A stretch of DNA of 64,000 bases from Callorhinchus milii (lineage: Eukaryota), in the NCBI RefSeq assembly GCF_018977255.1, contig NW_024704742.1:89592001-89656000 (forward strand), written 5' to 3'. Below, in pieces: positions 1 through 12,817 of the stretch (position 1 is the first letter of the stretch; every line of letters begins with the position of its first letter). Made by a program: the position numbers and the translations under genes. The notes beneath the pieces are model-generated. The model was not told where the DNA came from. It saw only the letters and a program-made list of their open reading frames with translations, and searched no databases.

Positions 1-52
1 GAATAAAGGAAAACTTTAAAATTCAGGCATTTGGTTCACAAACTAAATATAT

Positions 53-406
53 ATAATAAAAATAATCCTTGCATTTGATATAGCACATTATTGCAACATT
101 GAGAGGTCTCTAAGCACTTTACATATTTAGATGCAACATATTTTGTAGAATGTATTGTAGTGGATTGACTGTATTTTGTGGGTGAAACACGGCAGTCAAT
201 TTCGCACAGCAGTGTTCCACAAACAGTTGTGGATTGAGTGACCACATTTTTTTTTGAGGCGGGTATATTACCCCCAGAAAGCGATCTGGGTTCCTACTCA
301 CTGCTGGGTAAGCAGAGGCATGGGGAATAAAAAAAAATTGCCTAAGGATTCCCCTTGCCCAGCAATCGAAACCCAGTTCTCTTGCTTGTGAGGCGAGTGC
401 TCTAAC
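53..406 (-). mobile_element. tRNA-derived SINE family A (long form), first ~20 nt of head missing
   Basis: Reverse complement reads gttagagcactcgcctcacaagcaagagaactgggtttcgatt (partial A box plus B box), then the family body and ...tatcaaatgcaaggattatt tail; homologous to 21884-22255. Confidence 0.85.
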
Positions 407-470
407 AACAACAACAACAACTTGGATTTATATAGCGCCCTCCACGCTGGACAGCGTCTCAGAGCGTTTC
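404..470 (-). mobile_element. L2 LINE 3' tail fragment
   Basis: Minus strand ...ggagggcgctatataaatccaagttgttgttgtt with a (GTT)n tail like the L2 at 28475-29786. Confidence 0.6.
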
Positions 471-1286
471 AAACACTATTTAGAGTAACCACTACGTTAC
501 AGGACTTCATATTCAGCTACAAAAGGAATGTCTTTTCTTTCCCTCTTTCTACCTTCACTCCCTCCTCTCCATTCCTGAAAAAAATGAAGCAGGCTGGAGG
601 GTGGTTTCAAAGGTGGTGGCCACCCAAGGGTCTGCTCTTCCAGGTCTAATTTGTGGTATAATTTAACTGGATTCTTTAGTAGGAATTCCCATGATATTTT
701 CCATTGTGCCAAAGGTGTCAAGACCTATCTTTGTCTTTGTCCCATGCTTTTGGTCATTGTTCCCTTACCCTGCTCCCAATTGGCTCTATCCCAGTTCGGG
801 TGCCGAGCCAGTATTGTTAAGTGCTTTGTAACGCACTTCCGACATGAAAGGCGCAATGTACTGTAAATGCAAATTTATAAGAATTCTGCTCTGGAAGTTA
901 TTTTTGGTTCCTACTTCCATGGCTCAGACTGTTCATTAAGAAATCCTACAAAGAAATATAATAAAGTGAACCCCTTTATGTGTGGACCTACACACTGTGT
1001 ATTCCCATTTCTTTCTACTTGAATGCCTTTTGGGGAACATGAGGTGTTTTATACTGAGCTTTCCCCCGAGACAGAGTAAATCAAAGTGCTCGAAAGGAAA
1101 GGTTTGGGGAATGTTTGATGGGCCAAATGGCCCTAGTTAATCTAGTTCCATCAAAAGATCATAAGAGGTTTGGATAAGGAAGACCCATTTGATTTTATCC
1201 TTTCTGAATACCCACTCTATCATCCTCCCATCTCAGCATCAGACTGTTTTTTAAAGAGGCTGAGGAAAGTGACAGAAATAAAATAT

Positions 1287-1640
1287 AATAATTGTTGCAT
1301 TTCGTATAGTGCCATATCATATTGGAAGGATATCTCAAAATGCTTCACAGGAATTACTGTGAAATGGAGTGGTTGTGTAATTATAGGCAAACAAGGCAGC
1401 ATAATTGTGCATAACAATGTCCCTCAAACATAACAAAACAAATTGCCAATTTGATTTGCGGGATTGTTCCACAGGGCACCAGGAGAAACTCCACTCTCTT
1501 CTCCATTAGTGCCATGGGATTTTTGACATCTAACTGAACACCTCATCCAAAGGACGGCACATCCCCAGGACTGCATTGTCGTGGTAGCTTTAGGCTAGGT
1601 GAGCTGAAGTCTCAACATGGGACTTGCATCCACTTAAGAG
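1287..1640 (-). mobile_element. DeuSINE-like SINE family B, degenerate
   Basis: Minus strand contains gtgccgtcctttggatgagg, aaaatcccatggcact and agtttctcctggtg, matching the other family B copies. Confidence 0.7.
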
Positions 1641-2425
1641 CACCAACAACAACAACTTGCAATTATATAGTCATTGACACAGAATAAAGTCTCATAAACA
1701 GCAGGAGGTAGTGACTATCAGTCAGGTGCACCTACCAGTTCGGAACTGGACCTTCTCACAATCTCTCACAATGGAGCCCTGAATAGTTAATCAAAGCAAA
1801 GTACTAACAATGGCAGACACTTACTGCCAGAGATGCACAGCTTTCTTTAACTACATGACTTGATGCCAAAAATTCCAAAAGACAAATGTAAATTAAATGC
1901 CAGAGTTTCAAACCATGCTGTCAGCAGAAATTCAGTGCTTGCCAAGTTTTTTTTCAGTTTATATTTTTGTATTTCACAAGGGGGCCTGTAATTTCCGAGA
2001 TATAATACAAAATTACATTTGTATAGCACCTTTCATGTCGGGACGACGTCCCAAGGCGATGTTGCTATTCTATTCTTTGGAAAAAGTCAATATAGTGTAT
2101 GTTGCATCACTGCCTAATTATGAAATTAATTTTAAAAGCCTTCCATTTCATATAGCACCATTCATGTCAGGAGAACGTCTCAAAGAGCTTCACAGGAAAT
2201 ACCGTAATTTGTAGAGACTATTTTGTAAGTGAAGGCGGAACCAATTTACACACAGCAATGTCCTACAAACAGCCATAGAATCATAGAATAATAATAATAA
2301 TACTCCTTCCATTTGATATAGCGCTTTTCACGGCTTCGAGACGTCTCAAAGCGCTTCACAGAATATACTGTAAAGTGAATTGACTGCATATTTGTAGGCG
2401 AAATGCACAATATAATATAATGAAA

Positions 2426-2596
2426 ATAGAATCATAGAATATTACATCACAGAAGGAGGCCATTCGGCCCATCGTGCCTTTGCCGACCTTTTGAAGCAGC
2501 TACCAACTAGTCCCACACCCCCACTCTTACCCCATAACCCTGTACATTTTCCCTTTTAAAATTATCTGTCCAATTCCCTTTTGAAAGCTACTATTG
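2426..2596 (-). mobile_element. CR1 LINE 3' end; a family A/B SINE tail (2290-2410, minus) interrupts its repeat tail
   Basis: (catagaat)n tail at ~2275 and 2426 followed by acagaaggaggccattcggcccatc, typical of a CR1 3' end on the minus strand. Confidence 0.65.
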
Positions 2597-2871
2597 GCTT
2601 TTGAAAGCTCTATTGAAGTGATAGTATAAAGTGATAGCATGATAGCCATGAAGTGAATGACCAACTTTATCAGCAGGATTGTTGGCCCATACAAGGCACC
2701 GGGAGAAACTCCCTTATCTTTTTGAGTAGTGTTGTGGGATCTTTAGCACCTCCTTTTCAAGACTGAAGGGCCGGCCTTAGCTTGTCTAACTGATGCTCAA
2801 AAGGGAATTGGATAGATATTCCTTTAATATGTTTAATATTCACTACTTTAATATCTTTAATAAATTTAATA

Positions 2872-3016
2872 CTGCTGTGCGCAATTGGCTGCCGCGTTCG
2901 CCCACAAATATACAGTCAATTCACTTTACAGTGTGTTCTGTGAAGCGCTTTGGGACGTCCTCCCGACGTGAAAAGCCCTATATCAAATGCAAGGATTATT
3001 ATTATTATTATTATCA
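2872..3016 (+). mobile_element. SINE 3' half (region shared by families A and B)
   Basis: ctgctgtgcgcaattggctgccgcgttcgcccacaaatatacagtc...tatcaaatgcaaggattattatt, nearly identical to 37081-37215. Confidence 0.85.
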
Positions 3017-3899
3017 TTAGTAATGATCCCCATTGCTCTCCGCCGCACTGATTCTCGGACCTGAGCAGCCTCTTTATGTAGCAGCAACCAGAAACTGTAT
3101 GCTGTACTACAGTTGATCATATTAGATCCTAAATGATGGGTAACTGGCAAGGTGAGTGTATCATTGCACACAATGAACTGAAGCAGATAGAATTCCTATC
3201 AAGAGAAGATGAGTTAAAAAGAAGCATGGTTAACTGGCAACCAAGGTTCAAAGGAAAAAGAAGTTCTCACTGATAAAGCAAACTTTTACATTTGTAAAGA
3301 TAAAAAGATAAACTCCAAACGTACAGCATGTCAGTCAGAACCTGACAGGTGCATGTTTCTGACTCTTCATCAGAGCTCCAATAGAACACTAATAATCAGC
3401 GTTTTTCGCATCTCCATCTACACATGTCCATCATATCATAGCCATTGCAGTGATGAAACTCTAAGGAATGTTTCTGAAGCATTGACCAAGTTGATGAAAT
3501 AAGCCCATAATTTGACCCGATGCTTAGATCTGAATTAACACTATTTCAGAAAGAGAACACCTGTGTATAAAAATTAAATGATGTTTAAATAGTTTTAGAA
3601 AATTGTATAATTTTTAATTAAATAACTTTGACAAAGCTTAATTAAAAATGAATTACATAGGCCCTCAACAAAAACATTGCTTTTATTTATTACAACTTAT
3701 TCATACTGTGTAAAATAGATTATTTTAAATTAATTCATTCTTAATAGAAAGGGTATGGTACAACAATAACAACTTGCATTTATAATAGTGCCCTTCATGC
3801 AGGATAAAGTCCTCAGAGTACTGATAAAAGGATATGGCATAAACATGTTTCATGGGATATTAAGTAGATGGAACTCATGTTGCTGTTACATGACTAATA

Positions 3900-4321
3900 T
3901 AATACTAATCATCCTTGCATTTGAATCAACATCTTACCACATCATTGAAAAGTCTCAAAACACTTCACAAGATTTACTGTAAGGTGTAGTGATGGCTTAT
4001 GTTGTAGGCAAATAGAGTTGGCAATTTTCAAACAGCAATGTTCTACAAATAGCCTTGAAATGAATCAACAATTTCTATGGGGGAATGTTGGTCAGAACAC
4101 CGGAAGAAACTCCTTTCTCTTTTTGAAAACTGCCATAGGATATTTAACTTCCAGACGGACCTCAGTTTAATGAATCATCTGAAGGATGGCTGCACCAACC
4201 ATAGCAAACCCCCAGCACTGCGCTGGAATGTCAGCCTAGACTAAGATCAATCATGATCTGGAGTTTTAACCCACAAGCTTTTGACTCAGAGGCAAGAGTG
4301 CTACCAATTGAGTCAGGCTGA
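3900..4321 (-). mobile_element. DeuSINE-like SINE family B, near full length
   Basis: Minus strand begins tcagcctgactcaattggtagcactcttgcctctgagtcaaaagcttgtggg and ends aaatgcaaggatgattag. Confidence 0.8.
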
Positions 4322-6037
4322 AAAGGCACAGATAATAAGGAATATCTGGCTGTTTATTTGCTGCTGTTATTTATGAGACATCAATCTTCCATTAGACAGC
4401 AGTCAAGAACACTAGAACATAGAACCATAGAAATTTCAGAAGCAATGTATGAATGTATAGTGTATAAATATTGTTTTACTATTGTACATTTATAGATAGC
4501 TTCAGATATTCTCTATATTTTAATGTAAATTTTAAAATGCTTCTGCCTGCCTATCCTATTGTATGCTCTGCCTATCCTAAAGTATTGTGGACGCAAATCA
4601 GAAGAGACAGAAATTACGAGTTTGTGAAAAGTGCGAGTTCCAGAAAACAGAGAGATGCTCTAGGTTTCTCTGTGCCTCTGCCAACTCCGCTTTCAATAAA
4701 TTTTGCTGAAATGTGTCAGATTTTCTCAGACCTATCGCTCAAGAAGACAAAAAGTAAAGCAGTCACAACAACTTTAAATCGAAGTAAGGAATCTTGTCTC
4801 TCATTTACTAGAAGTGCGCACCACATCTTCTGTTTTTTTGCCTTGTATTGATTTCCCAGAAGCTATTTTAGTACCTGATGGGTCATTGTTACATAAAAAT
4901 TCCCAGTGTACAGGACATGCATAAAAGGCAGAGTCATGCAATATTGTCAACATTCACACCACTGACAAGCATTCTGATCATTAATAGAATGTTTTTTTTC
5001 ACAGCTCCAAAGGCTTGTCTTCTGTGAAGATGATTCTGACCTTTACCCACTGCACACTATTTCTAGCACTTTTCAGGTGAAGGAATATTGGTGACATATA
5101 ACATGGTGAAAACACTTGCATACAAAAGCTTTTGTTAATGAAAGACAATGATAGACCTGACAAATCATGGCATTTCTATACATTACAAGATGCACACAGG
5201 TGCCCAGTCAACAGTGTGAAGCGCTTTGAGATGTCGTTCTGATGTGAAAGGTACAAATGTAAGTTGTATTGTATTGTGTGGTGACTGGGGACTTGCTGGG
5301 GAAACTGAATTTCCAAGATTACAAATTAGATAATTATTTTATTCTGTAGTGATTGTTACCCAAGTAACAGCTTTCAGTACAGATTATTCCAATCAGTCAA
5401 AGAATTGTTCAGATCTTCGGATGAGTCGTTAAAAGGTCCCATCTGCCTGTTCAGGTGGACGTGAAAGATTCCATGTTCCATAGTCACTCACTCCAAAGCT
5501 GTTTGTGGGATGTTGCTGTGCGCAATTGGCTGCCGTGTTTCGCCCACAAATATACAGCCAATTCACTTTACAATATATTCTATGAAGTGCTTTGAGACGT
5601 CTAGAAGATGTATTATCACAGTACATTTTGTGTAGCGCTTTGAGATGTTTCAATGATCTGATTTCAAATGCAAACTGTTTCAAATGGAAGAATTATTATT
5701 ATTTTATTATATTTATTAATTTATTAAGATTCCTTACTCCACAGGCCTGCTAATAATTCCCAAGAAAAAAAAAAAAATTGGTCACTTCAATCCACGATTG
5801 TTTGTGGGACACTCCTGTGTGCAATTGGCTGCTGTGTTTCGCCCCAAAATGTACAGTCAATTCACTTTACAGTAGACTCTGTAAAGTATTTTGAGATGTC
5901 TAGAAGATGTGAAAAGCGCTTTATCAAATGCAAGGATTTTTTTTATTAACAGCCGCTAACACAGAGTAAGAAATCTAACTTTTAAGGGGGGATGTGGAAA
6001 TCTAATAGAACCACAAAATCAATTGTTCCAAATATTA

Positions 6038-6477
6038 ATAATAATCCTTGCATTTGATATAGCATATATAACATCAAAACATTTCAAACTAATTGCTGTC
6101 CAGTGTAGTGACCAGGCATTGTTAAGGCAAACACAGCAGCCACCTTATGCACAGTTGGGTCCCAAAAATAGGCATGAAGTGAATGTCCATTTTATCTAAA
6201 GGATTGTTGGCCACGACACGAGAAGAAACTCCCATTTTGTTTCAAATATGGGATATTATGTGATATTTAACACCCACCTAACCAGATTGAGAGGACCTTG
6301 GTTTTAACATCTCACGTTAACTCTAACCCTAACCTCAGTTTTAATATCTCATCTGAAGGAGGGCACATGTAACACTATACTGAAATGTCAGCTTGGACCA
6401 TTTGAGGTCAAGTCCTGACATGGAATTTCATCTTCTGGCCCAGAGGTGAGAGTGCTATCAACTGAGCCAAGATGACA
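6038..6477 (-). mobile_element. DeuSINE-like SINE family B, near full length
   Basis: Head gtcatcttggctcagttgatagcactctcacctctgg, central body and aaatgcaaggattatt tail on the minus strand. Confidence 0.8.
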
Positions 6478-7547
6478 GCCGTATCCTTCCTTTCAGTCCA
6501 GAGACAGGGGATTTATTTTTTGTCTTATGGTAGACAGTAGCGAGGTGAATCTATTCCATCCAAGATAAAAATGCTCTCCCACAGGCAACAATAATGCCCA
6601 TTATCTTTAGTCATTGCAATGAGGGCGCTAGGAATAGTAATTGGAAATGTTGGAATGTACAGGGCCAGAAAGGCCCATAGCTACCCATCTCACTGGTCCC
6701 AAAGAAAAAAAAGCTAATCATGCACTACTCTATTTTGTCCCTTGATTGATTTCTTCACTGAATAGGAATTGACTTATTTCTTGAATGTGCTGACATAACC
6801 TGCCTCCATTGCCTCAGGAAGTCTAGATATTGGACTTGTCCCTTTTTCGTTCATCTTTACCCACTCCTTCCCATCTTAGTGATGGCATTGTAATCGGGGA
6901 ACAGAGAACAGGGGTTGCTTATCACTGAATGTTTTTATAGCAACATATTAAAGTGCTAAATGGACTTAGGTCTCCTCACAAAAGTCACAGAATCTGCCCT
7001 CAGTCTTAAAAATAAAAATGCTGTGATTCCTGTCTGTCCAAAATCCACAAATACATTTTGTCAGGACTGCATGAATGGAGTCTTTGCTGTTGCTCAAGGC
7101 TTCTCTAGAGGATTTAGCTATTTTTGCTTATGCTTTCTCATAAATATGTGCACAAACTCAACACTGAAGGATTTGAAACCGTTCCATTTTCAAACAAAGT
7201 CAAAACAAAATTCTTCCCAAACTATGGGATCTATTGAGGTCTTTCATTAACATAAGGTACTAATAGATTTTGGTTGCAAATGTTTTGCCTTACTAGCGCT
7301 GCATCTACTCTCTGGATCTTCCCAAAGATCTATCTTTCCAAGTGTACAACTTCTGGCTCCTACTGTTAAGTGCCTTGAGATATTCTTTTAAATAAATGGC
7401 ACTACAATAAGACAAATTGCTGTTGTTGGCACAATCTGTCTTACTGCTACTTTAAGTAGTTCATGCTCTCATAGAGGAAACAGCCAATGTCAGACACTTC
7501 AGCTAACTCTGAGATTGCTCCAAGCAATCTAAATATAAAAGTAACTT

Positions 7548-7683
7548 AAAACGCAAAATACTGCAGATGCTGGAAATCTGAAACAAAAACAGAAATCACT
7601 GGAAACACTCAGCAGGTCAGGCAGCAACTATACCATAGATGCTGCCTGACCTGCTAAGTGTTCCCAGGGATCTCTGTTTTTTT
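7548..7683. mobile_element. Short Penelope-terminus-derived palindromic insertion with 14-bp target-site duplication
   Basis: Flanked by tataaaagtaactt at 7534-7547 and 7684-7697. Internal 47-bp inverted arms (7585-7631 / 7635-7681, 5 mismatches). The sequence aatactgcagatgctggaaatctgaaacaaaaacagaaa...ctcagcaggtcaggcagca resembles recalled shark Penelope termini. Confidence 0.75.
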
Positions 7684-7857
7684 TATAAAAGTAACTTGTT
7701 GATTTCAAGAGGATTGAAAAGTGGGGTTGAAATAATATTCTTCAGGAAAGTGTGAATGCCATTGTTGCTCTGGTCTAAGAAAAAGCATCTAACAACATCA
7801 ACTGTGTTTTCTTTTGGTAAAGAGAGATAGGTTTGACTGGAGTTGATTGAATGTGTG

Positions 7858-8625
7858 TAGCCAAGCTAGGTCTAGTTCAGTTGGTAGCATTCTTGCTTCT
7901 AAGTCAGAAGGTTATAGGTTCAAGCCCATGTGGGACTTTGAGCTCATATAGTCTAAGCTATGGGAGCACTGCATTGTTAGAGATGCCATCTTTCAGATAG
8001 ACGTTCAACCAAGGTTCTGTCTGCCTGTTCAAGTTATTTAGAGTTATTTAGAGTTCAGATGGCATGGGATTAAAGATCTCACAGCATTACTCAATACAGA
8101 AGGGAGTTTCTCCCAGTACATTGGCCAACAAGTTCCAGATAAAATTGTTCTTATATTTCATGGCTGTTTATGGGGCACAGTGGAATCCTATAGATTAATG
8201 GTTACAGCACTTGCCTCGGGCAAGGCGAAACATTGGGCAAGTTTTCTTGCTCCAATGGGAACGCTTCTGTTTACGTAGCAGTAAGTGGGATCCGATTGTT
8301 AGTTGATTGGCGGATTGCTTTTCCGGGGTAATAATCGCTTCAAAAAAAAATTATTTGGTTACTCAATCCATGACTGTTTGTGCAGTTGGTTGCCATTATA
8401 GAGACAATTCACTTTGCACTATATTCTGTGAAACGCTTTGAGATGTTCTTCGAAGATGTGATAAGGCACTATATCAAATGCAAGGATTATTATTATTATT
8501 ATTGCTGGGTGCAAATTGGCTGTTGCGCTCACCTACAAAACACAGTCAATACACTTTACAGTAAACCCCATGAAGCACTTTGAAATGTCCTCCTGAGATG
8601 AAATGTAAGGTCTACCATAGATTCA
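7858..8625 (+). mobile_element. DeuSINE-like family B copy interrupted by a family A SINE (8180-8503)
   Basis: Family B head and body run to ...tggctgtttatggggcaca, resume at ~8503 with gctgggtgcaaattggctg; the insert has a degenerate tRNA head and (ATT)n tail. Confidence 0.8.
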
Positions 8626-8659
8626 AATTCAATTGGGATAAGCTGAGCTTGATGCTGTT

Positions 8660-8800
8660 CACGCCCCTTTCATCCCACCCGCCCACCACCCTCCCTGATC
8701 CCGACCCCCAACTCGGGTCTGAAACACTGATTATCCAGCATCTTGGGACGTCCTCCCGACGTGAAAGGCGCTATACAAATGTAATCTTATTGTTGTTGTT
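8660..8800 (+). mobile_element. L2 LINE 3' tail
   Basis: ccctgatcccgaccccaactcgggtctg...cttgggacgtcctcccgacgtgaaaggcgctatacaaatgtaatcttattgttgttgtt; homologous to the reverse complement of 41469-41600. Confidence 0.75.
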
Positions 8801-9538
8801 ATCTGGTCTCACCAAGGTTGATGTGGATGTACAAGGGTTTCCCAACAGAAAACACAGCTCACATTGCAAGCCACTGTTTTCAGTAGCTGGGCAGCAGGAA
8901 TACTTACACTTGCCTAATGTGCCCTTGTTTATCTGCATTGTATCACTTCTCCACAATCATTCTGCTGTATACATGTGGATGAAGGTAATAGAGGAATGTA
9001 GGAGAGGAATATAAAGGGATGGAAGCTGTGCGGAATAGTGCAGTTGTGGTTCTTGTGGTGTATAAATAGCGACACGGACTAGTTGAGTCGAATGGACTGT
9101 TTCAATACCCATTGATTCTAAGTAACTCCAAATAACTTTAAATATCACAATTTATATAAATTATGCCTATATATAATATGTTATATATACACATATAATA
9201 TATAATATATAAATATATATATGTATATATAAAAATGATTTTTTTTAACTGGCACCAAGAGACATTGATGGAACCGCACAATATTTGGAGGGTCATTGTT
9301 TTGCTTTGCATTTTACTACCCATTTAGAAACATGCAATAAACTTTACAATCAGAAACACAAAACAGCAAAACATTCAGCAAGGGATGGAAAAAAGGGGTA
9401 AAAGAGGTCACTAAACAAGATAAGAAAAATTAGTCATATTGTATCTTCATATGTGCATCAATATCATCTGACTGTTAAGTTTTCCACAAGTGCAGATCAT
9501 ACTGATTTTCTTGTGTACTATCAATTTAAACCTATTAC

Positions 9539-9679
9539 CTGTCGTGTGCACGTGTCCTATTCAGTTTTTCCTCAATAAAGGCACCGTATGAGCTTTACTT
9601 GTTTCTATGTTCCTGTGCGTAGAACTGGGCAGTATCTTAATGAAGGAAACACATTCAAACTTTGTTATCTTATCTTTGC
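9539..9679 (-). other. Candidate 141-nt exon (unverified; stop codons in all three frames)
   Basis: Minus-strand acceptor tgtgtatatttcag|G and donor CAG|gtaata, in unique sequence. Confidence 0.2.
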
Positions 9680-10644
9680 CTGAAATATACACAGTATTGT
9701 AAAATACACACTTTACAATAAATCCTTGAAATGATTTGAATATTCTTCCCAATGTGAACAGTAATATGTCAAAAGCAATGATTATTATTTATTAGTAGTA
9801 TATTGCAAATAAGGGAACACACAGCTGCTAATCTCTGCTGTGTTCTATGCACCAAAGCAAAATTAGTTCTTCTTTTAAAAAAAAGGTCCACACTAGATCT
9901 TAGAAATTTGGATTGTTTTTAGCAGTAGGAGGCAAACTTCAGAGGATATCAACAACAACAACTTGCACTTATATAGTGCCCTCCATGCAGGGTAGTGTCT
10001 CAAAGTGCTTAACAGTGGCGGAGCCTGACTCTTATAGTCTCTAATATGGCACTAATAGTCAAATTACACCATGAGACCGTATTCCACCAGGCAAGCACTA
10101 TGAATATGACAGTCTGATAGAAACTCATTGAAATCATTCCATTAATATTTAATTGGCAGCTCAATATTTGTGCCACCAAATAAAATTTTAAAGGAATATT
10201 TTGCTCATTGTCTCCACGTGTCAGATAGAAGCTGTGCAGAAAAACCAGCACAGAGATTTGTTAGATGAAATGGAGATTGCCTTGAGGCCTTAAATTCACC
10301 AGCATCAGGGAGCATGAGTGTAATTTGCACAGACCCGGCGAGAGTACAAATGATATACAACTAATAAAAGAAAATGGGACATTTTGAGATAATCTAAATG
10401 GCAGGTTGGAAGATTATGATACAGCTGATCTAGTCAATGCATTCGATATGGGTAAGTTAAATACTGTATTAACAATATGTAAAATACCAGTGAATTACAT
10501 AAAATTACATATACAGTACATATACAGTATTTTGCCCACAAATATACAGTCAATTCACTTTACAGTATATTCTGTGAAGCAATTTAAGATGTCTCAAACA
10601 CATGATAAGGCGCTATATCAAATGCAAGGATTAATATTATTATC

Positions 10645-11210
10645 AGGCCACTTGGTCCATCTAGTCCACCGCTACCGTTTATACTCCACATCAGCCTCCA
10701 GCCCTCCTAATCCCCTCTCCCATACCTATCCATTCTCTTCGCTTTGCATCAATTTATTTTTAAAATGCATTGACACTTTATGCTTCAACCACCCACTAAT
10801 CAAATTCCTCCTTAACTTGTTTTTAGATCTCCTATATTTATGTTTTCTTGTTCTGGACCACCAACAATCGAGAATAGCCTATTAATATCCACCTTATTGA
10901 TTTTTTTCATAATTTTAAACAACTCTATCAGGTTCCATCTCAACCGTCTCATCTCCAGAGAGAAAAGCTTTTAACCTGTCCAATCTTTCTTGATAGCTAT
11001 ATCTACTCATGCCTGGTAACGTCCTGTTAAATGTACTCTGCCTTCTTTTCAATGCTACAATATCCTTTCTTTTGTGAAGACCTGAACTGCACACAAGTAC
11101 TCCAAATGTGCAAAGGTTTTATAGTAATTTAACATTAGTCCCCTACTATTATACTCCATTCCTCTGAATATAAAGTGAAGGACTCTATTTTTATTGCTTA
11201 TCCACCTTTG
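10645..11210 (-). mobile_element. Old CR1 LINE 3' fragment
   Basis: Contains tgcttcaaccac, tttcataattttaaacaactctatcagg, ctccagagagaaaag and gaactgcacacaagtactcca, the reverse complement of the CR1 RT C-terminus and 3' UTR. Confidence 0.65.
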
Positions 11211-12435
11211 CTTCTACTTCACCCTAATTTGTTTTAACAAGCCTACTCTTTAGCACCTTATCAAATGCTTCTATTGCAAATAACATTACCAACCTAGCAT
11301 GAGAGGGGCCTTCTGAAATGCTCGTCAGGTAGCTTATCAAGGTCCTAGCAACTGGAAGTCACACAAGGAGTAGGAATTTCCCATGCCTGGACCATAGATT
11401 AATCCACCTAGACAGAAACTAGCATTTTATGAGCTTTTGATCATGTGTTGTTTCCTTCACAATTCCTCTGACTGCTTCTCCTTATACTATGTCCTGTGGC
11501 ATCAAAACCCTATCAGCCCTGTCTGTCTCCCTTATAATAACTCCCAAACAGCAAGCGAAACTCCAAGATAAATCACACACAGTTCCATGGGGGTCAATAA
11601 ACCTTTATTAAGCATGGAGACAGAACACAAGATAGCTTAAAGACAAAACATTCTGGCCATATCCATTCGTGCAAAAAGAAACTAAATTATGAATAGATAG
11701 AATTTGCATGCATAAGTATCAATTGCAGACATTTGGAAAGAGTATTCTTAAAAAGGATATGGCAAACATATTATTAAATATATTAGAGATATAGGAAAAT
11801 GTTGCCTTTGATGTTTCACCTTATCTCACCGAAACACATCAATGCACTTTATGGAGCTGACTTTTGCTTAAGACAAAGAGACAGACATTTAGACTTATCA
11901 GACTGCTGAAAAAAAAGGATCTTTAACTTTCAGGATCATGTTCCCCATTATACCTGATGTCCAAACCGCAATGTTGGGCAATTATACAGGATGAGCCTAT
12001 AGAGTTATCTGAACCAATTGAACCAAGGTTTAACAGCCATAAAGCAGTGGTCTTACAGCACTCTAAACCGATAGGATTTACGTAATAAACTAATGCTTGT
12101 CTGTACCTCACTGTTAATGGGGGTCAATTAAAGTATTTATGGCATTAACTTGGAAGTACAATAAACTCCAGCTAACTCGACAAGAAAAAAATGATCCAGT
12201 GATGAATTATCTGATGTGACAAATTGACTGTTGGTCCTCACCTTATCCTGCCAGGCTGCTCACTCAGCCAGGTTCCACTCATCACGTATGCTGCATCTGA
12301 GCATGTTGCACCTGTACCAGTCACAGGATAGCGCGGGAAGCCCTCCAATAGACCAAAGGCCTCTGCGATGTAATGATGCTAACATAAGCATCACCATCTT
12401 TTTTAAAGGACAAGGTATCCGATCAATTTTACATT

Positions 12436-12750
12436 GTGGAGTCCTGTAGCTCAGTGGTTAGAGCACTCGCTTTGCAAGTGAGAGACCTGGGTTCGATTCC
12501 CGTCAGGATGAAACCTTGGGCAAATTTCCTTACTCCACACACCTAATCATAATCCTTCCAAAAAAGTAAAACAATAATAAATTGGTCATTTTCAATCCAT
12601 GACTGTTTGCGGGACATTGCTGTGCGCAATTGGCTGCCGCTTTCGCCCACAAATATACAGTCAATTCACTTTACAGTATATTCTGTGAAGGGATGTCTAG
12701 AAGACGTGAAAAGCGCTATATCAAATGCAAGGATTATTATTATTATTATT
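12436..12750 (+). mobile_element. tRNA-derived SINE family A (short form), full length
   Basis: gtggagtcctgtagctcagtggttagagcactcgctttgcaagtgagagacctgggttcgattccc (Pol III A and B boxes); body lacks the ~60-nt central segment; (ATT)n tail. Confidence 0.92.
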
Positions 12751-12817
12751 GAAGTACTTACAAGAATTTCTATATATGTGATGAGTTACGTGTTAAGCTG
12801 AGTAACGATTAAAGCGA

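Noticed and set aside
5005..5076. Plus-strand 72-nt open exon candidate (LQRLVFCEDDSDLYPLHTISSTFQ)
   Set aside because: Weak donor (CAG|gtgaag), no recognisable homology and no partner exons; expected by chance.
12436..12510. Genuine tRNA-Ala gene (also 36897, 38102)
   Set aside because: Each head runs directly into a SINE body and (ATT)n tail, with no Pol III terminator after the head and with stem mismatches.
12607..12801. Recurrent peptide AVRNWLP..PTNIQSIHFTV..VK..SNARIII in many ORFs as a small-protein family
   Set aside because: It is the translated SINE 3' half; copies show random stops and frameshifts.
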